From Klebsiella pneumoniae (GTDB taxonomy: Bacteria > Pseudomonadota > Gammaproteobacteria > Eutrophobiales > Eutrophobiaceae), in the NCBI GenBank assembly GCA_945870865.1, contig CAMBTO010000001.1, forward strand, positions 79,487-143,486: DNA of 64,000 nt, given 5' to 3'. Within the stretch, counting starts at the first letter, position 1, and each line of letters starts with the position of its first letter. Both the position numbers and the translations under genes were made by a program. Shown piece after piece: positions 22,035 through 32,141 of this stretch. Below the pieces are notes generated by a model. The model was given only the letters and a program-made list of their open reading frames with translations, searched no databases and had not been told where the DNA came from.

Positions 22035-23146
22035 TAGCTGACATCATGGCAACACTGGCCCGTAAATTATCTCCTTTCATACTACTATTGGCCATGCCTG
22101 CCGGACAGGTGTTCGCGCAGGCCACGGTCAGTTCTTCTGGTCAACCGGCCGGTACACTCGAACAACGTGTTGAGCGTATGGAAAGGATGATGCAAAGCCA
22201 GGGTTTGCTTGAAATATTGCAACAGGTACAACAGTTACAGCAGGACATCAGCCAGCTCCGCGGCGAGATTGAGACACACAATTACAACCTTGACCAGCTG
22301 ACTCGTCGTCAGCGCGACCTGTATGCCGATATGGATCGCCGGCTCCAGCAGCTCGAAGGTGGAGGGGCTGTGTTACCGGGGGACGGGACAACCGGCATGG
22401 TTACTCCATCTGGCATGGACTCTCCACCGCTGGAGACATTGTCTGCAGTGGGCGGTCCTGCACAGTCAGGCGCCGGTTCAGTACCCTCAAACAACACCTT
22501 GCAGGTAGAGGTCATCTCCTCTGCTGCCACTCAACCGCCTGCAAACCCGATAGCTGCCGGCGGCGGTCAGCCATCTGCCAATATGGCGCAATTACCCGCG
22601 TCCTCCCAGATGCAAGGGGCGATAGGACAAGTTGTGCAATCGGCACCGCCTGCACAGGTGCAGGCCGATGTCGTTGGTATGAGTGGCAGTGCTGTGCCTG
22701 CAACTACACCTGCATCCGCGGGAAGTGCCGACCCTGCGCAGCTACAGGCAGAATACCAGCAAGCGTTCAACCTGCTCAGACAGTCGCTGTATGATCAGGC
22801 GATCAGGGCCTTCCAGCAGTTCCTGACCAACCACCCGAATGATCGTTACTCGGACAACGCGCAGTACTGGTTGGCCGAGGTCTACTATGTCAAACGTGAA
22901 TATCCGCTCGCGCTTGATGAATACAATAAGGTCATCACCAACTTCCCGGAAAGCCAGAAGGTCAGTGATGCGATGCTGAAGGTCGGCTTTACCATGATTG
23001 AGCTCGGCCAGATCGACAATGCCAGGGAACATCTGCAGGCATTGATCCGGCAACAACCGGATTCGACGGTTGCCCGGCTCGCTGATGAGCGACTGAAACA
23101 GCTTGGCTCGACAACACAACAGGCTGTTCCGGAACCGGCTAACTAG
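22031..23146 (+). CDS. cpoB: cell division coordinator CpoB/YbgF (coiled coil plus TPR)
   Basis: N-terminal coiled coil (QVQQLQQDISQLRGEIETHNYNLDQLT), a Gln/Ala/Pro-rich linker and a C-terminal TPR domain. It occupies the position following pal. Confidence 0.85.
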   Translation: MIADIMATLARKLSPFILLLAMPAGQVFAQATVSSSGQPAGTLEQRVERMERMMQSQGLLEILQQVQQLQQDISQLRGEIETHNYNLDQLTRRQRDLYADMDRRLQQLEGGGAVLPGDGTTGMVTPSGMDSPPLETLSAVGGPAQSGAGSVPSNNTLQVEVISSAATQPPANPIAAGGGQPSANMAQLPASSQMQGAIGQVVQSAPPAQVQADVVGMSGSAVPATTPASAGSADPAQLQAEYQQAFNLLRQSLYDQAIRAFQQFLTNHPNDRYSDNAQYWLAEVYYVKREYPLALDEYNKVITNFPESQKVSDAMLKVGFTMIELGQIDNAREHLQALIRQQPDSTVARLADERLKQLGSTTQQAVPEPAN

Positions 23147-23155
23147 CCAGAGACG

Positions 23156-23842
23156 ATGTCACCTTTCCCGGTAACGGAGCTGGCCGGGTCAGACCTGCTG
23201 GCCAGGACTCTGCGTATCAATGAAATCTTCCTGTCACTACAGGGAGAATCAATAAAAACCGGCCTGCCTACTACCTTTATTCGTCTGACCGGTTGTCCAC
23301 TACGTTGCCATTACTGCGACACCGAATATGCGTTCCATACCGGTAAGCGGCTGACGATCACCAGCATCATGCAAACGATCGCGGAATTTCGCACCCGGCA
23401 TATCTGCGTCACCGGCGGCGAACCACTGGCACAAAAGACCTGCCTCGACCTGCTACTACATTTGTGTGATGAAGGGTACGAGGTGTCGCTGGAGACCAGC
23501 GGCGCAATAGATGTTTCAAAAGTAGACCCGCGGGTTATGAAGATTATGGATCTGAAAACCCCGGCCTCCGGCGAGTCCGGCAAAAACCGGTATGACAACC
23601 TGGTCTGGTTGCGACATCCTGACCAGATTAAACTGGTTATTTGTAACCGAGACGATTACGAGTGGTCACGTAAGCTGTTACAGGATCGCCATCTGCACGA
23701 GGTCTGCGAGGTACTGTTTTCACCGGCATACGATCAACTTGATGCCGCACTGTTGGCCGGATGGATACTGGAAGATCACTTACCGGTCAGGTTCCAGATC
23801 CAGTTACACAAATACCTCTGGGGCAATACGCGCGGAACATGA
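23156..23842 (+). CDS. queE: 7-carboxy-7-deazaguanine synthase (radical SAM)
   Basis: LQGES...G.PTTFIRLTGCPLRCHYCDTEYAF: the QueE CxxxCxxC-variant motif. Confidence 0.88.
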   Translation: MSPFPVTELAGSDLLARTLRINEIFLSLQGESIKTGLPTTFIRLTGCPLRCHYCDTEYAFHTGKRLTITSIMQTIAEFRTRHICVTGGEPLAQKTCLDLLLHLCDEGYEVSLETSGAIDVSKVDPRVMKIMDLKTPASGESGKNRYDNLVWLRHPDQIKLVICNRDDYEWSRKLLQDRHLHEVCEVLFSPAYDQLDAALLAGWILEDHLPVRFQIQLHKYLWGNTRGT

Positions 23843-23883
23843 TACGGACTTGCCCCTGTTACCTGCTGAAATCCTGACGATTC

Positions 23884-24570
23884 ATGTCTGAAAATAACCC
23901 ACTGAAAAAAGCCGTCGTGCTGTTATCCGGCGGCCTGGATTCGGCCACCGTGCTGGCGATTGCCAGACAACAGCGATATGAATGCCATGCACTCAGTTTT
24001 GATTATGGACAGCGCCATCGCGTAGAACTGCTCGCAGCGGAACGGATTGCAAAGTCTCTGCATGCTGCACACCATCGTACACTCGTCGTCGACCTGACCC
24101 AAATCGGCGGGTCGGCGCTGACTGACAATAATATCGAAGTGCCGCAATCACCGAAGACAGGCATTCCGGTCACCTATGTGCCCGCCCGCAATATTATCTT
24201 TCTGTCATTTGCACTGGCCTATGCCGAGACGATACAGGCGTCGGATATCTTTATTGGCGTGAATGTACTGGATTATTCCGGTTATCCGGACTGTAGACCT
24301 GAATTTATCGAATCGTACACACGCATGGCCAACCTGGGCACACGGACCGGGGTGGAAGGATATCCTGTCCGCATACACACGCCGCTTATTAAAATGAACA
24401 AGGCAGAGATAATCGCGGCAGGTTCAGCATTGGGTATTGACTACGCACAAACGATATCCTGTTACCAGGCAGATGCGGATGGACGCGCCTGTGGTCTATG
24501 TGATTCCTGCCGCTTCCGCAAAAAAGGCTTTGCCGAGGCAGGGGTTACCGACCCGACCCTTTATCAATAA
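23884..24570 (+). CDS. queC: 7-cyano-7-deazaguanine synthase
   Basis: [20 protein letters not shown]-loop and a C-terminal CxxC...C zinc site ([10 protein letters not shown]). Confidence 0.9.
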   Translation: MSENNPLKKAVVLLSGGLDSATVLAIARQQRYECHALSFDYGQRHRVELLAAERIAKSLHAAHHRTLVVDLTQIGGSALTDNNIEVPQSPKTGIPVTYVPARNIIFLSFALAYAETIQASDIFIGVNVLDYSGYPDCRPEFIESYTRMANLGTRTGVEGYPVRIHTPLIKMNKAEIIAAGSALGIDYAQTISCYQADADGRACGLCDSCRFRKKGFAEAGVTDPTLYQ

Positions 24571-24671
24571 GGACTAAATAACTGTTCCGAAATCCTGTTC
24601 AGATTGGGCGCGGGAATATTACCGTGCCCAATCTGAACTGTCGTGGATTTCGGAACAGTTATTTAGTGTCC
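24571..24671. terminator. ~100-bp near-perfect inverted repeat filling the entire queC/RND convergent intergenic gap (probable bidirectional terminator or structured element)
   Basis: GGACTAAATAACTGTTCCGAAATCC..TTCAGATTGGGCGCGG-loop-CCGTGCCCAATCTGAA..GGATTTCGGAACAGTTATTTAGTGTCC gives about 45 paired positions with two small bulges. Confidence 0.5.
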
Positions 24672-24672
24672 G

Positions 24673-27600
24673 TCAGGGTTTTGACTTCATCGATTCGGCA
24701 TACTCCAGCTCGGACACCAGCTGTTCCGTCTCCGCTGCGCGCGCTTTGGAAAAACGTGCCAGCAACAGATACAGCACCGGGGTCAGATACAAGGTAAACA
24801 TCGCCGCCATACCCAGCCCACCAAACACCACCCAGCCGATGGACGCAGCCGCCTCGGCACCAGCCCCACTCTCGAGTATCAACGGCAATCCACCCAACAC
24901 AGTGCATAAAATCGTCATCGTTACCGGCCGCAAGCGGATCACAGCACCTGTTTCTATCGCCTTGCGTATATCATATCCGCGGTCGCGCAACTGGTCGGCA
25001 AACTCCACGACCAATACACCATTCTTGGCCATCAGGCCTATCAGCATGACCAGACCAATCTGGGAATAGATATTCAGCGAGGTACCGGTCAGGAACAAGG
25101 CAAAAATGGCGGCAGCGATGCCGAACGGTACCAGCAGCATGACAACGATCGCGCTGGTGAACCCTTCGAATTGGGCACACAACACGAGAAACACCACCAG
25201 CAAGGCAATAATGTAGGTAATTATTACATCACGAGAGGTCTCCTCAAGCGTGGCTGCATCGCCGAGCAGGATCATCGAGACATTCGCCGGCAAAACATCA
25301 GAGGCAATCACATTTAACTGCTCTATCGCGGTCTGTAAGGGAAACCCGGGCGTAATATCAAAATCCACCTCAATGGCCCGTCGCTGTGCCTCGCGCGGGA
25401 GCTCCGAGGCGATACCCTCTTCCCGCAGTTTAACCACACTCGACAACGGTAACAGCCCGCCTGACTCAGTATCGACATACAGGTTGACCAGGTCGGATGG
25501 GTCATTAATCTCTTCTGTGGAGGCCTCCAGCAGGATGGGCACGGACTCGTCCTGGATATTCAGATCGACCACCTCGTCGCCATCTATCATGACGCGCAAC
25601 GTCTCGGCGAGGTTGTCCAGATTGATACCCAGATCCGATGCGCGTCGTCTGTCTATTTCCAGCAGCAGTTGCGGCTGGGTCGGTTCGTAGGAGATCTCTG
25701 GACTGGACAGGTCGTCCGACGTCTGTTCAACCGTGGCTGCAAATTTTTTCGCGGCGTCATAAATCTCCGCATATTCATTGCCAATCAGCGCAACGCTGAG
25801 CCGGTTACCGCCACCGCGACCCATGCCGAGACTGTTTGAGCCGGACACGGAAATCTGTAAGCCCGAGATTTGTTCAAACGCGCTGTCTAATGAGCGCATA
25901 ATCTGCTGCTGGCTACGATCACGTTCACTCCAGTCTGCCAGAGGGACGATTATCGACCCGCGATTCGGATCGTAGGTCCCGACGATTGTAAAAATGGATC
26001 GGACTTCACCACTATCGACCATCGGTGCCAGAACCTGCTCCACTTTGCGGGTCTGCTGATCCATGTATCCGATACCGACCCCGTCCGGTGCGCTCATATT
26101 GACCCTGAACATACCTCGGTCTTCGGTTGGTACAAGCTCCTGATCCAGCTGTTTGTAGACTGAGAAGGCACCTGCGGCCAGGCCCAGTGCAACCAGTATT
26201 GCAATAAACGGATGATCCAGCGTCTTGCCCAGACTGCGGGTATACAGTTGTATCAACAGGTTGCCGAGTCGGCCCATAAGACCTGACGGACGTTTCTCAC
26301 TATCGGTATCGGGCAGACGTGAGGCCATCGCCGGGACCAACGTCAGCGAGACAAAACTGGATATCGCTACAGCCAGGGCGAGTACAAACCCGAACTCACG
26401 AAACAATCTGCCAGCCGTGCCTGGCAGGAAGGCGATAGGGACAAAAACTGAAATTAGCACAACGGTTGTCGTAACGACCGCAAAGAAAACCTGCCGGGTA
26501 CCCAGTACAGCAGCCGCGCGACCACCCACATGCTGTTTGCGCCGTCGCAGGATATTTTCCAGTACCACAATTGCATCATCCACAACCAGTCCGGTGGCGA
26601 GCACCAGTGCAAACAGCGTCAGGATATTGATTGAGAAGCCGAACAACCAGATTCCGGCAATCGTACCTATCAAGGAGATCGGGATGGCGATACTGGGAAT
26701 CAGGGTGGCCCGCAACGAACCCATAAACATCCAGATCGTGGCGATAACAATCAATACGGTAATCAACATGGTAAACAACACTTCCTTGACCGAACTACGG
26801 ATAAATTCGGCATCATCATTGGTGATTACCAGCTCAATATTGTCAAAGCGTTCGTTCAGCTGATCCACTGTATTGCGGACATTGTTGGATATTTCTATAG
26901 CGTTTGATTTGGCCTTACGTATCACACCCATCGCGATGACACTGCGGCCATTCAGCCGGGTATAACGCTGGGCATCCTCAGGGCCAAAATAGACCCTGGC
27001 CACATCACCTACCCGGGTATTATCTCGGATGATGATATTGGCCACCTGCTCAGCGGTGTAGACAGAGGCATCCGCGCGGACAACAAGCTCCTGGCTCTCG
27101 GATCGGAAGCTACCCGCCGGCACATCGAACGGGGCGCGTTGCAAAGTATCGACCACGTCCGAAACGGACAGGCCGAGACTGGTTAGCCGCAACGGATCCA
27201 CTACTACGCGCAAAACGCGGTTACGTTCACCAAATAGCGAGATATCGGCCACGCCCTCTATGGAGATCAGTTCCGGCATGATGTCTTTTTCGAGGATACG
27301 GGTGATGTCTTCTTCTATCAGCGTATCGCTATAGACAGACAGATTCATGATCGGCTGCGAGTCTGAATCCGCCTTGATGATGTTGATCTCTTCAACCCGG
27401 TCCGGCAGTCGTCTTTGTACACGGCTGACGGCCTCGCGCACATCGGACGCGGCATAATCAAGGTCAGATCCAGGCTGGAACTCGATCCGGATACGCGACA
27501 CATTTTCCTCTGAGCTCGAGCTGATATTCTTGACCCCGGACACGCGGGCCACCGCCCCTTCGATGACGCTCGTCACTTCCGTATCTATCGTCTCCGGGGA

Positions 27601-27783
27601 TGCCCCGGGATAGACGACAAACACACTGACAACAGGAAAGTCGACATCGGGCAATTCGCGGACTTCCACCAGGTTCATCGCCGCCAGTCCTGCCAACGCA
27701 ATCAGCAGGTTTGCCACCATCACCAGTACAGGACGACGTATACTCAGGCCGGGCAAGTCATTGATATCAAATGACATGATCAA
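24673..27783 (-). CDS. RND-family efflux transporter permease (AcrB/HAE-like)
   Basis: 1036 aa with 12-TM RND topology and two large periplasmic loops; the N-terminus MIMSFDI...FIRRPVLV... matches the AcrB family. Confidence 0.9.
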   Translation of the reverse strand: MIMSFDINDLPGLSIRRPVLVMVANLLIALAGLAAMNLVEVRELPDVDFPVVSVFVVYPGASPETIDTEVTSVIEGAVARVSGVKNISSSSEENVSRIRIEFQPGSDLDYAASDVREAVSRVQRRLPDRVEEINIIKADSDSQPIMNLSVYSDTLIEEDITRILEKDIMPELISIEGVADISLFGERNRVLRVVVDPLRLTSLGLSVSDVVDTLQRAPFDVPAGSFRSESQELVVRADASVYTAEQVANIIIRDNTRVGDVARVYFGPEDAQRYTRLNGRSVIAMGVIRKAKSNAIEISNNVRNTVDQLNERFDNIELVITNDDAEFIRSSVKEVLFTMLITVLIVIATIWMFMGSLRATLIPSIAIPISLIGTIAGIWLFGFSINILTLFALVLATGLVVDDAIVVLENILRRRKQHVGGRAAAVLGTRQVFFAVVTTTVVLISVFVPIAFLPGTAGRLFREFGFVLALAVAISSFVSLTLVPAMASRLPDTDSEKRPSGLMGRLGNLLIQLYTRSLGKTLDHPFIAILVALGLAAGAFSVYKQLDQELVPTEDRGMFRVNMSAPDGVGIGYMDQQTRKVEQVLAPMVDSGEVRSIFTIVGTYDPNRGSIIVPLADWSERDRSQQQIMRSLDSAFEQISGLQISVSGSNSLGMGRGGGNRLSVALIGNEYAEIYDAAKKFAATVEQTSDDLSSPEISYEPTQPQLLLEIDRRRASDLGINLDNLAETLRVMIDGDEVVDLNIQDESVPILLEASTEEINDPSDLVNLYVDTESGGLLPLSSVVKLREEGIASELPREAQRRAIEVDFDITPGFPLQTAIEQLNVIASDVLPANVSMILLGDAATLEETSRDVIITYIIALLVVFLVLCAQFEGFTSAIVVMLLVPFGIAAAIFALFLTGTSLNIYSQIGLVMLIGLMAKNGVLVVEFADQLRDRGYDIRKAIETGAVIRLRPVTMTILCTVLGGLPLILESGAGAEAAASIGWVVFGGLGMAAMFTLYLTPVLYLLLARFSKARAAETEQLVSELEYAESMKSKP

Positions 27784-28862
27784 CTCTCGATTTTTACGGT
27801 CCGGTCCATCTGTTCGTATTTCCCCTGCTCACGCATGGTATGTTCAACCTTGATACCTTCATACATACGCTGTACACCCTCAACCACTACCAGATCGGCT
27901 TCCGTCAGGCTCGCATCGACGAGTACCTGGCCCTGCTGACGCTGGATGATACGCACCGGGACCCGGCTGGCCTGGCCTGCACTGACCCGCCACACGTGTG
28001 AACCATCGGCACCCCACTGCACCGCTATTTCGGGCAGGACCGGAAACGACTTGCCCCGGATATCCAGACGGACCCTGAAACTCATGCCCGGCCTGAGTCT
28101 GTCGTCCTGGTTATCCACGCTCGCTCGCACAGTGAACGTTCTTGTCAGCGGATCGATACGGCTGCCGATATCTACGACCACACCCTCGGCCGCGGTGACT
28201 TCATCATTCCATGGATTGATGGCTATCTGTTCACCTGCCTTCAGCGTACCTACCATGATCTCAGGCACTTCAAAACTGATCAGCAACGCATCACGGTTAT
28301 CTATCGTAGTAATTACCGTTGACTGATCGACACGGTCACCCGGGTCAATCTCGGCTATGCCGACGTAGCCGGCAAATGGCGCTCGAATTATCCTGTCATC
28401 CAGTGCAATCTGTGCCTGCTGCAGTTCTACCTCGGCTGTTTCAAGTGCGGTCCCGGCCGCATCCAGCACAGTCGGTAATATTGCACCACTGCCTGCGGTA
28501 CGCTCATATCGCTCATATAATTTTTTGGCGTCTTCACGCCTTATTCGGGCGAGTTCGATCGCAAGCTTCTCATTACGTGCATCAAGCTGGACCAGCACGT
28601 CTCCCTTGCTGACACTCAGTCCCGGCCCGAAATTCACGGCAACCACTTCGCCAGACGCAAGCGGAGTAATAGTGACAGACTGGATGGCACGCGAGGTTCC
28701 GACCGCCTCTATACGGGTCAACTCATCGGAAAATCTGACCTGCTCAACTAGGACGGCAACTGTTTTATCAGCACCCCGTCCCCGGGCAGTCTCTGATGGT
28801 TCATTCGTGCATCCGGCCAGGACAAACAAGCCTACGAGGGCGATACCTGCAACTCTTAACAT
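27780..28862 (-). CDS. RND efflux periplasmic adaptor (membrane fusion protein), lipoprotein
   Basis: Lipobox LAGC; HlyD/MFP coiled-coil hairpin and beta-barrel domains; overlaps the permease start by 4 bp. The probable start is the Met at 28862. No outer-membrane factor gene is adjacent. Confidence 0.85.
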   Translation of the reverse strand: MLRVAGIALVGLFVLAGCTNEPSETARGRGADKTVAVLVEQVRFSDELTRIEAVGTSRAIQSVTITPLASGEVVAVNFGPGLSVSKGDVLVQLDARNEKLAIELARIRREDAKKLYERYERTAGSGAILPTVLDAAGTALETAEVELQQAQIALDDRIIRAPFAGYVGIAEIDPGDRVDQSTVITTIDNRDALLISFEVPEIMVGTLKAGEQIAINPWNDEVTAAEGVVVDIGSRIDPLTRTFTVRASVDNQDDRLRPGMSFRVRLDIRGKSFPVLPEIAVQWGADGSHVWRVSAGQASRVPVRIIQRQQGQVLVDASLTEADLVVVEGVQRMYEGIKVEHTMREQGKYEQMDRTVKIES

Positions 28863-29305
28863 ATTTTCTATCTTCTGTAGTAGTACTGTGAGATGGCATA
28901 TCATCAACACGCCTGACGACATGCATGCATATTAACCGCTGCAGGCCACAGGAAATATCGAATACGACCCTGACAGACCAATATTCACAATAAATCCACT
29001 ATTGCAGTTATTTATGTCACATAATATGCAGAATTAAATCGTAATGTACCCTGCGTGAAATTGCTGTGAAATTAGTGGCAGAGTAACAACGCGTTTATGA
29101 AACATACTAAATACTTTTTGACCCGACCCAGGCCTGACCACAGAAACCGGCATTAACTTCTATACTGGCCTGCACCAAAATAGATCCCCTGCCCTTAACG
29201 TATAACTTCCACGAGCGGATAGCACTGTTTCTGGGCAGCGTAGCCGTGCCTCTGCCCTGATTTATATACTGGCCACCACCTGCCGCTGATTTCCGTGCTG
29301 TTGTT

Positions 29306-29761
29306 TTGTTTCTCATGTCGAGGGTGCCGAACCGCTTTTTGTTATCAAAATTGAAGATTCTGAATGAATTCCGTCATATACAGCCCGGATGGAAACAAGT
29401 GTTGATAGCCATTGCCCTGAAAATGATCGGCCGGATCGGCACGTTTCTGGAATTGTTCCTGATACTCATCGTGCTTGATATCGATCCAGACTTTGTCGAT
29501 GTCGTGCTGGTCGAAGCGCTAGTTATGGTCAACGTCTGCCTGTTTTTCTTTATCCTACTGGAACTGGGTGTAAATGAGGCCGGCATCCTGGCCGATTTTT
29601 CCATCGCCGGACTTGCCGCAGCAAGTGGCATAGCGTTTGGTCTGCTGCGTCGAGCAAGAATGATTACCTATACGCTGACAGGCCTGTGCGTTTATGTGCT
29701 GGGTACGACTACCCGGTTTGGCAGCCAACCTTACCGTAATCAGGACCAGTCTTTACCCTGA
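29306..29761 (+). CDS. hypothetical small membrane protein (weak PsiE-like pattern)
   Basis: 151-aa ORF with hydrophobic segments and a faint resemblance to PsiE (ELVE.LVV..L.F..I.L). There is no strong RBS and it is uncertain. Confidence 0.3.
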   Translation: MFLMSRVPNRFLLSKLKILNEFRHIQPGWKQVLIAIALKMIGRIGTFLELFLILIVLDIDPDFVDVVLVEALVMVNVCLFFFILLELGVNEAGILADFSIAGLAAASGIAFGLLRRARMITYTLTGLCVYVLGTTTRFGSQPYRNQDQSLP

Positions 29762-29765
29762 AGGG

Positions 29766-30950
29766 TCAGCGGGACAGACCGACCAGCTCGGTAAATGCAC
29801 TGCACAGTCTCTCTATCTGTTCCGGTGTATGTGCTGCACTGAGGCTGCAACGTATCAACGGTCTCCCGTCCGGTGCGGCCGGAGGGAAGATCAGGTTCAC
29901 GTAAACCCCGCGTTCCATCAGCGCACTCCACAAGGTCACGGCCTGTGGTGGCGTATCCAGTTGGGCGGCTATTACCGGGCCGGCCACTGGCCCGACCCGA
30001 TATCCCTGTTCTTTCAAACAGGAATATAGCCGGTTTGCATTTATCCAGAGGCGTTCACGTAAATGGTTACCGTCACGCAGCAGTATCAATGCCGCCCGTG
30101 CAGAGGCAATATTCGATGGCGACGGGGATGCGGTAAAAATATAGGGCCGACTCAGATAACGCATCAAATCGAGTTGTTCATGGTTACTGACGCAATAGCC
30201 GCCGATACTGCCGAGACTCTTGCTGAATGTGCCGGTGATAAAGTCGACCTGATCGGTCACGCCGGTCTCTTCAACCAGACCCTGCCCGGTCCTGCCGAGC
30301 ACACCCAGTGAGTGCGCTTCATCTATCAGCATGTAACTTCCATGTGCCTTTGTGACATTGACCATTTCCGGCAACGGCGCCTTGTCACCGAGCATGCTGT
30401 AAATACCTTCAACAATGACCAGTGTTGACCGTGCTCGATCACCCAGACGGGCGAGCCTCTTGTCGAGGTCAGCGGCATCGTTGTGGCGGAACCGGATCAC
30501 TTCGGCGCCACTCAAACGACACCCGTCATAGATGCTGGCATGGCAGTGTGCATCTATCATTAATACATCACCCTGCCCTGCCAATCCGGAAATCGTGCCC
30601 AGGTTGCCCTGATACCCGGTTGAAAAGACCACGGCATGTTTGCAGTTGTAAAATTCTGCAAACTCCCGTTCCAGTGCGCGGTGGCCTTCATAATTTCCAT
30701 TGGCCATACGGGAGCCGGTCGTGCCGGTACCTTCTTCATCAATCGCCTTGTGTGCAGCAGCGATACATTCCGGCGCAAACGTCAGTCCGAGATAATTGTT
30801 CGTACCTGCCAGTAATACGCGTTTGCCAGCTATACTGGCCTCGGTTGCTGAATACATTTTTTCTATCGGTGTACCGAAGATCGATGGACGGATCTCAAGC
30901 AACGCCTTGCGGTCATCACCAAACACGGAAAATTTATCAAACAGATCCAT
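29766..30950 (-). CDS. spt: serine palmitoyltransferase-like alpha-oxoamine synthase (PLP-dependent)
   Basis: About 50% identity along its length to Sphingomonas SPT as I recall it (GTNNYLG, GSRM.NG, VVFSTGY.NLG, EVIRFRHND..DLDKRL, EGIYSMLGD.APL, IDEAHS.G, TFSKS PLP-lysine motif, RPYIFTAS, ERLW, GVYVN, IRCSLSAAHTPEQI). Confidence 0.85.
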   Translation of the reverse strand: MDLFDKFSVFGDDRKALLEIRPSIFGTPIEKMYSATEASIAGKRVLLAGTNNYLGLTFAPECIAAAHKAIDEEGTGTTGSRMANGNYEGHRALEREFAEFYNCKHAVVFSTGYQGNLGTISGLAGQGDVLMIDAHCHASIYDGCRLSGAEVIRFRHNDAADLDKRLARLGDRARSTLVIVEGIYSMLGDKAPLPEMVNVTKAHGSYMLIDEAHSLGVLGRTGQGLVEETGVTDQVDFITGTFSKSLGSIGGYCVSNHEQLDLMRYLSRPYIFTASPSPSNIASARAALILLRDGNHLRERLWINANRLYSCLKEQGYRVGPVAGPVIAAQLDTPPQAVTLWSALMERGVYVNLIFPPAAPDGRPLIRCSLSAAHTPEQIERLCSAFTELVGLSR

Positions 30951-31201
30951 TATTTTTCTGACTCTATACGTTCAATCATACGGGCAAGATCACTGACCAG
31001 TTGCACTTCGGCCATCAGGTTAAGTGGAATGGAGATATCAAACTCATCCTCGATTTCCATAATCAAATCCAGAATCTTCACTGAATCGAGCGCAAACTGA
31101 TCCACCAGATTTGTATCGGGTCGGATCTCGGCCCCTGACCCGGCAATGCGCTCGAGATGTTTGCTTATCCTTTGCAGTGTATTTTCATAATTGTCTGTCA
31201 T
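30950..31201 (-). CDS. dedicated acyl carrier protein
   Basis: 83 aa with the phosphopantetheine attachment context LDSV within a helical acidic protein. It is translationally coupled to the downstream SPT gene, sharing one nucleotide between stop and start. Confidence 0.8.
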   Translation of the reverse strand: MTDNYENTLQRISKHLERIAGSGAEIRPDTNLVDQFALDSVKILDLIMEIEDEFDISIPLNLMAEVQLVSDLARMIERIESEK

Positions 31202-31211
31202 ATCAATCCCG

Positions 31212-32138
31212 TCACTGTAGATTCAAAGGCAATACTGCCTCGTGTAACGCATCCTGTAATTGTCTCTTTGGCCGCCAGCCTGTCGCTCGCGTCAGCTTGT
31301 CTGAATCGCACACCCAGTCGGTATGCTGTAATTCACGTACCTTGCCTGGCGTCAACATCGGTGAATAACGGAACAAACGCGCCAGCGCAAGGTTCGCTCT
31401 GGCGACTGCGCTGATGATGCTGGCAGGGACAGGCAGACTGTGTACCGGTCGTGTCCAGACCTGACTTGCAATTTGTTTTACGGCGTCGTGATCATATCCC
31501 CCGGGCGTCCCATCATCAAGCTCATAGATTCCGGCAATCGGTTCGTCTGCATTCAACCAGGACAGAATTGCCTCGACCAGATCATTAACATACAGCAGGC
31601 CGAACCTTGAGGATTTCGCTCCGGTCAGTGGTAACAAGCCAAGGCGTGTCGCACGAAATATCGGTGCCATCTCGCGATCGCCTGGACCATAAACGGCAGT
31701 TGGTCGAAATATGGTCCACTGGTTCATTCCAGCGTGTCTTATCAGGTATTGTTCTGCCTGGAACTTGCTATCTGCGTACCATGACAGTTGTGGTTCGCGC
31801 GCTGCCAGCGAGGACATCAGCAGAAACCGTGCATGAGGAACCCTGCTTGATACCGAATCAAGCAGATTGGCGGTACCATCAAGATTGGTCTTCAGGAAGT
31901 CTGCTGATGAACTGCCACGGACGCGGCCGGCGCAGTGAATTACGTAATCTGTTTCAGCCACAAGTTGATACAGCGCATCTTTATCTTCAAGTGTGCCGGT
32001 AATCCAGTGCAGGTTTTTACTGTCGGCTTGTGGCTTTCGCGTTAGCGCACGGACTGCCCAGCCCGCGGAGGTCAATTTGTGTATCAGGTTTTTGCCGATG
32101 AAACCGGTGGCGCCGGTGACCGCCACGCGTCCTGACAT
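31212..32138 (-). CDS. NAD(P)-dependent epimerase/dehydratase-family reductase (candidate 3-ketosphinganine / ceramide reductase)
   Basis: Rossmann motif VAVTGATGFIGKNL and the extended-SDR catalytic Y..xK context (YADSK). Confidence 0.8.
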   Translation of the reverse strand: MSGRVAVTGATGFIGKNLIHKLTSAGWAVRALTRKPQADSKNLHWITGTLEDKDALYQLVAETDYVIHCAGRVRGSSSADFLKTNLDGTANLLDSVSSRVPHARFLLMSSLAAREPQLSWYADSKFQAEQYLIRHAGMNQWTIFRPTAVYGPGDREMAPIFRATRLGLLPLTGAKSSRFGLLYVNDLVEAILSWLNADEPIAGIYELDDGTPGGYDHDAVKQIASQVWTRPVHSLPVPASIISAVARANLALARLFRYSPMLTPGKVRELQHTDWVCDSDKLTRATGWRPKRQLQDALHEAVLPLNLQ

Positions 32139-32141
32139 GTA

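Noticed and set aside
26225-26863. 212-aa plus-strand ORF
   Set aside because: It is antisense inside the RND permease gene.
29374-29631. 85-aa minus-strand S/T-rich ORF
   Set aside because: It has low-complexity composition and overlaps the somewhat more plausible plus-strand membrane-protein ORF, so it is likely non-coding.
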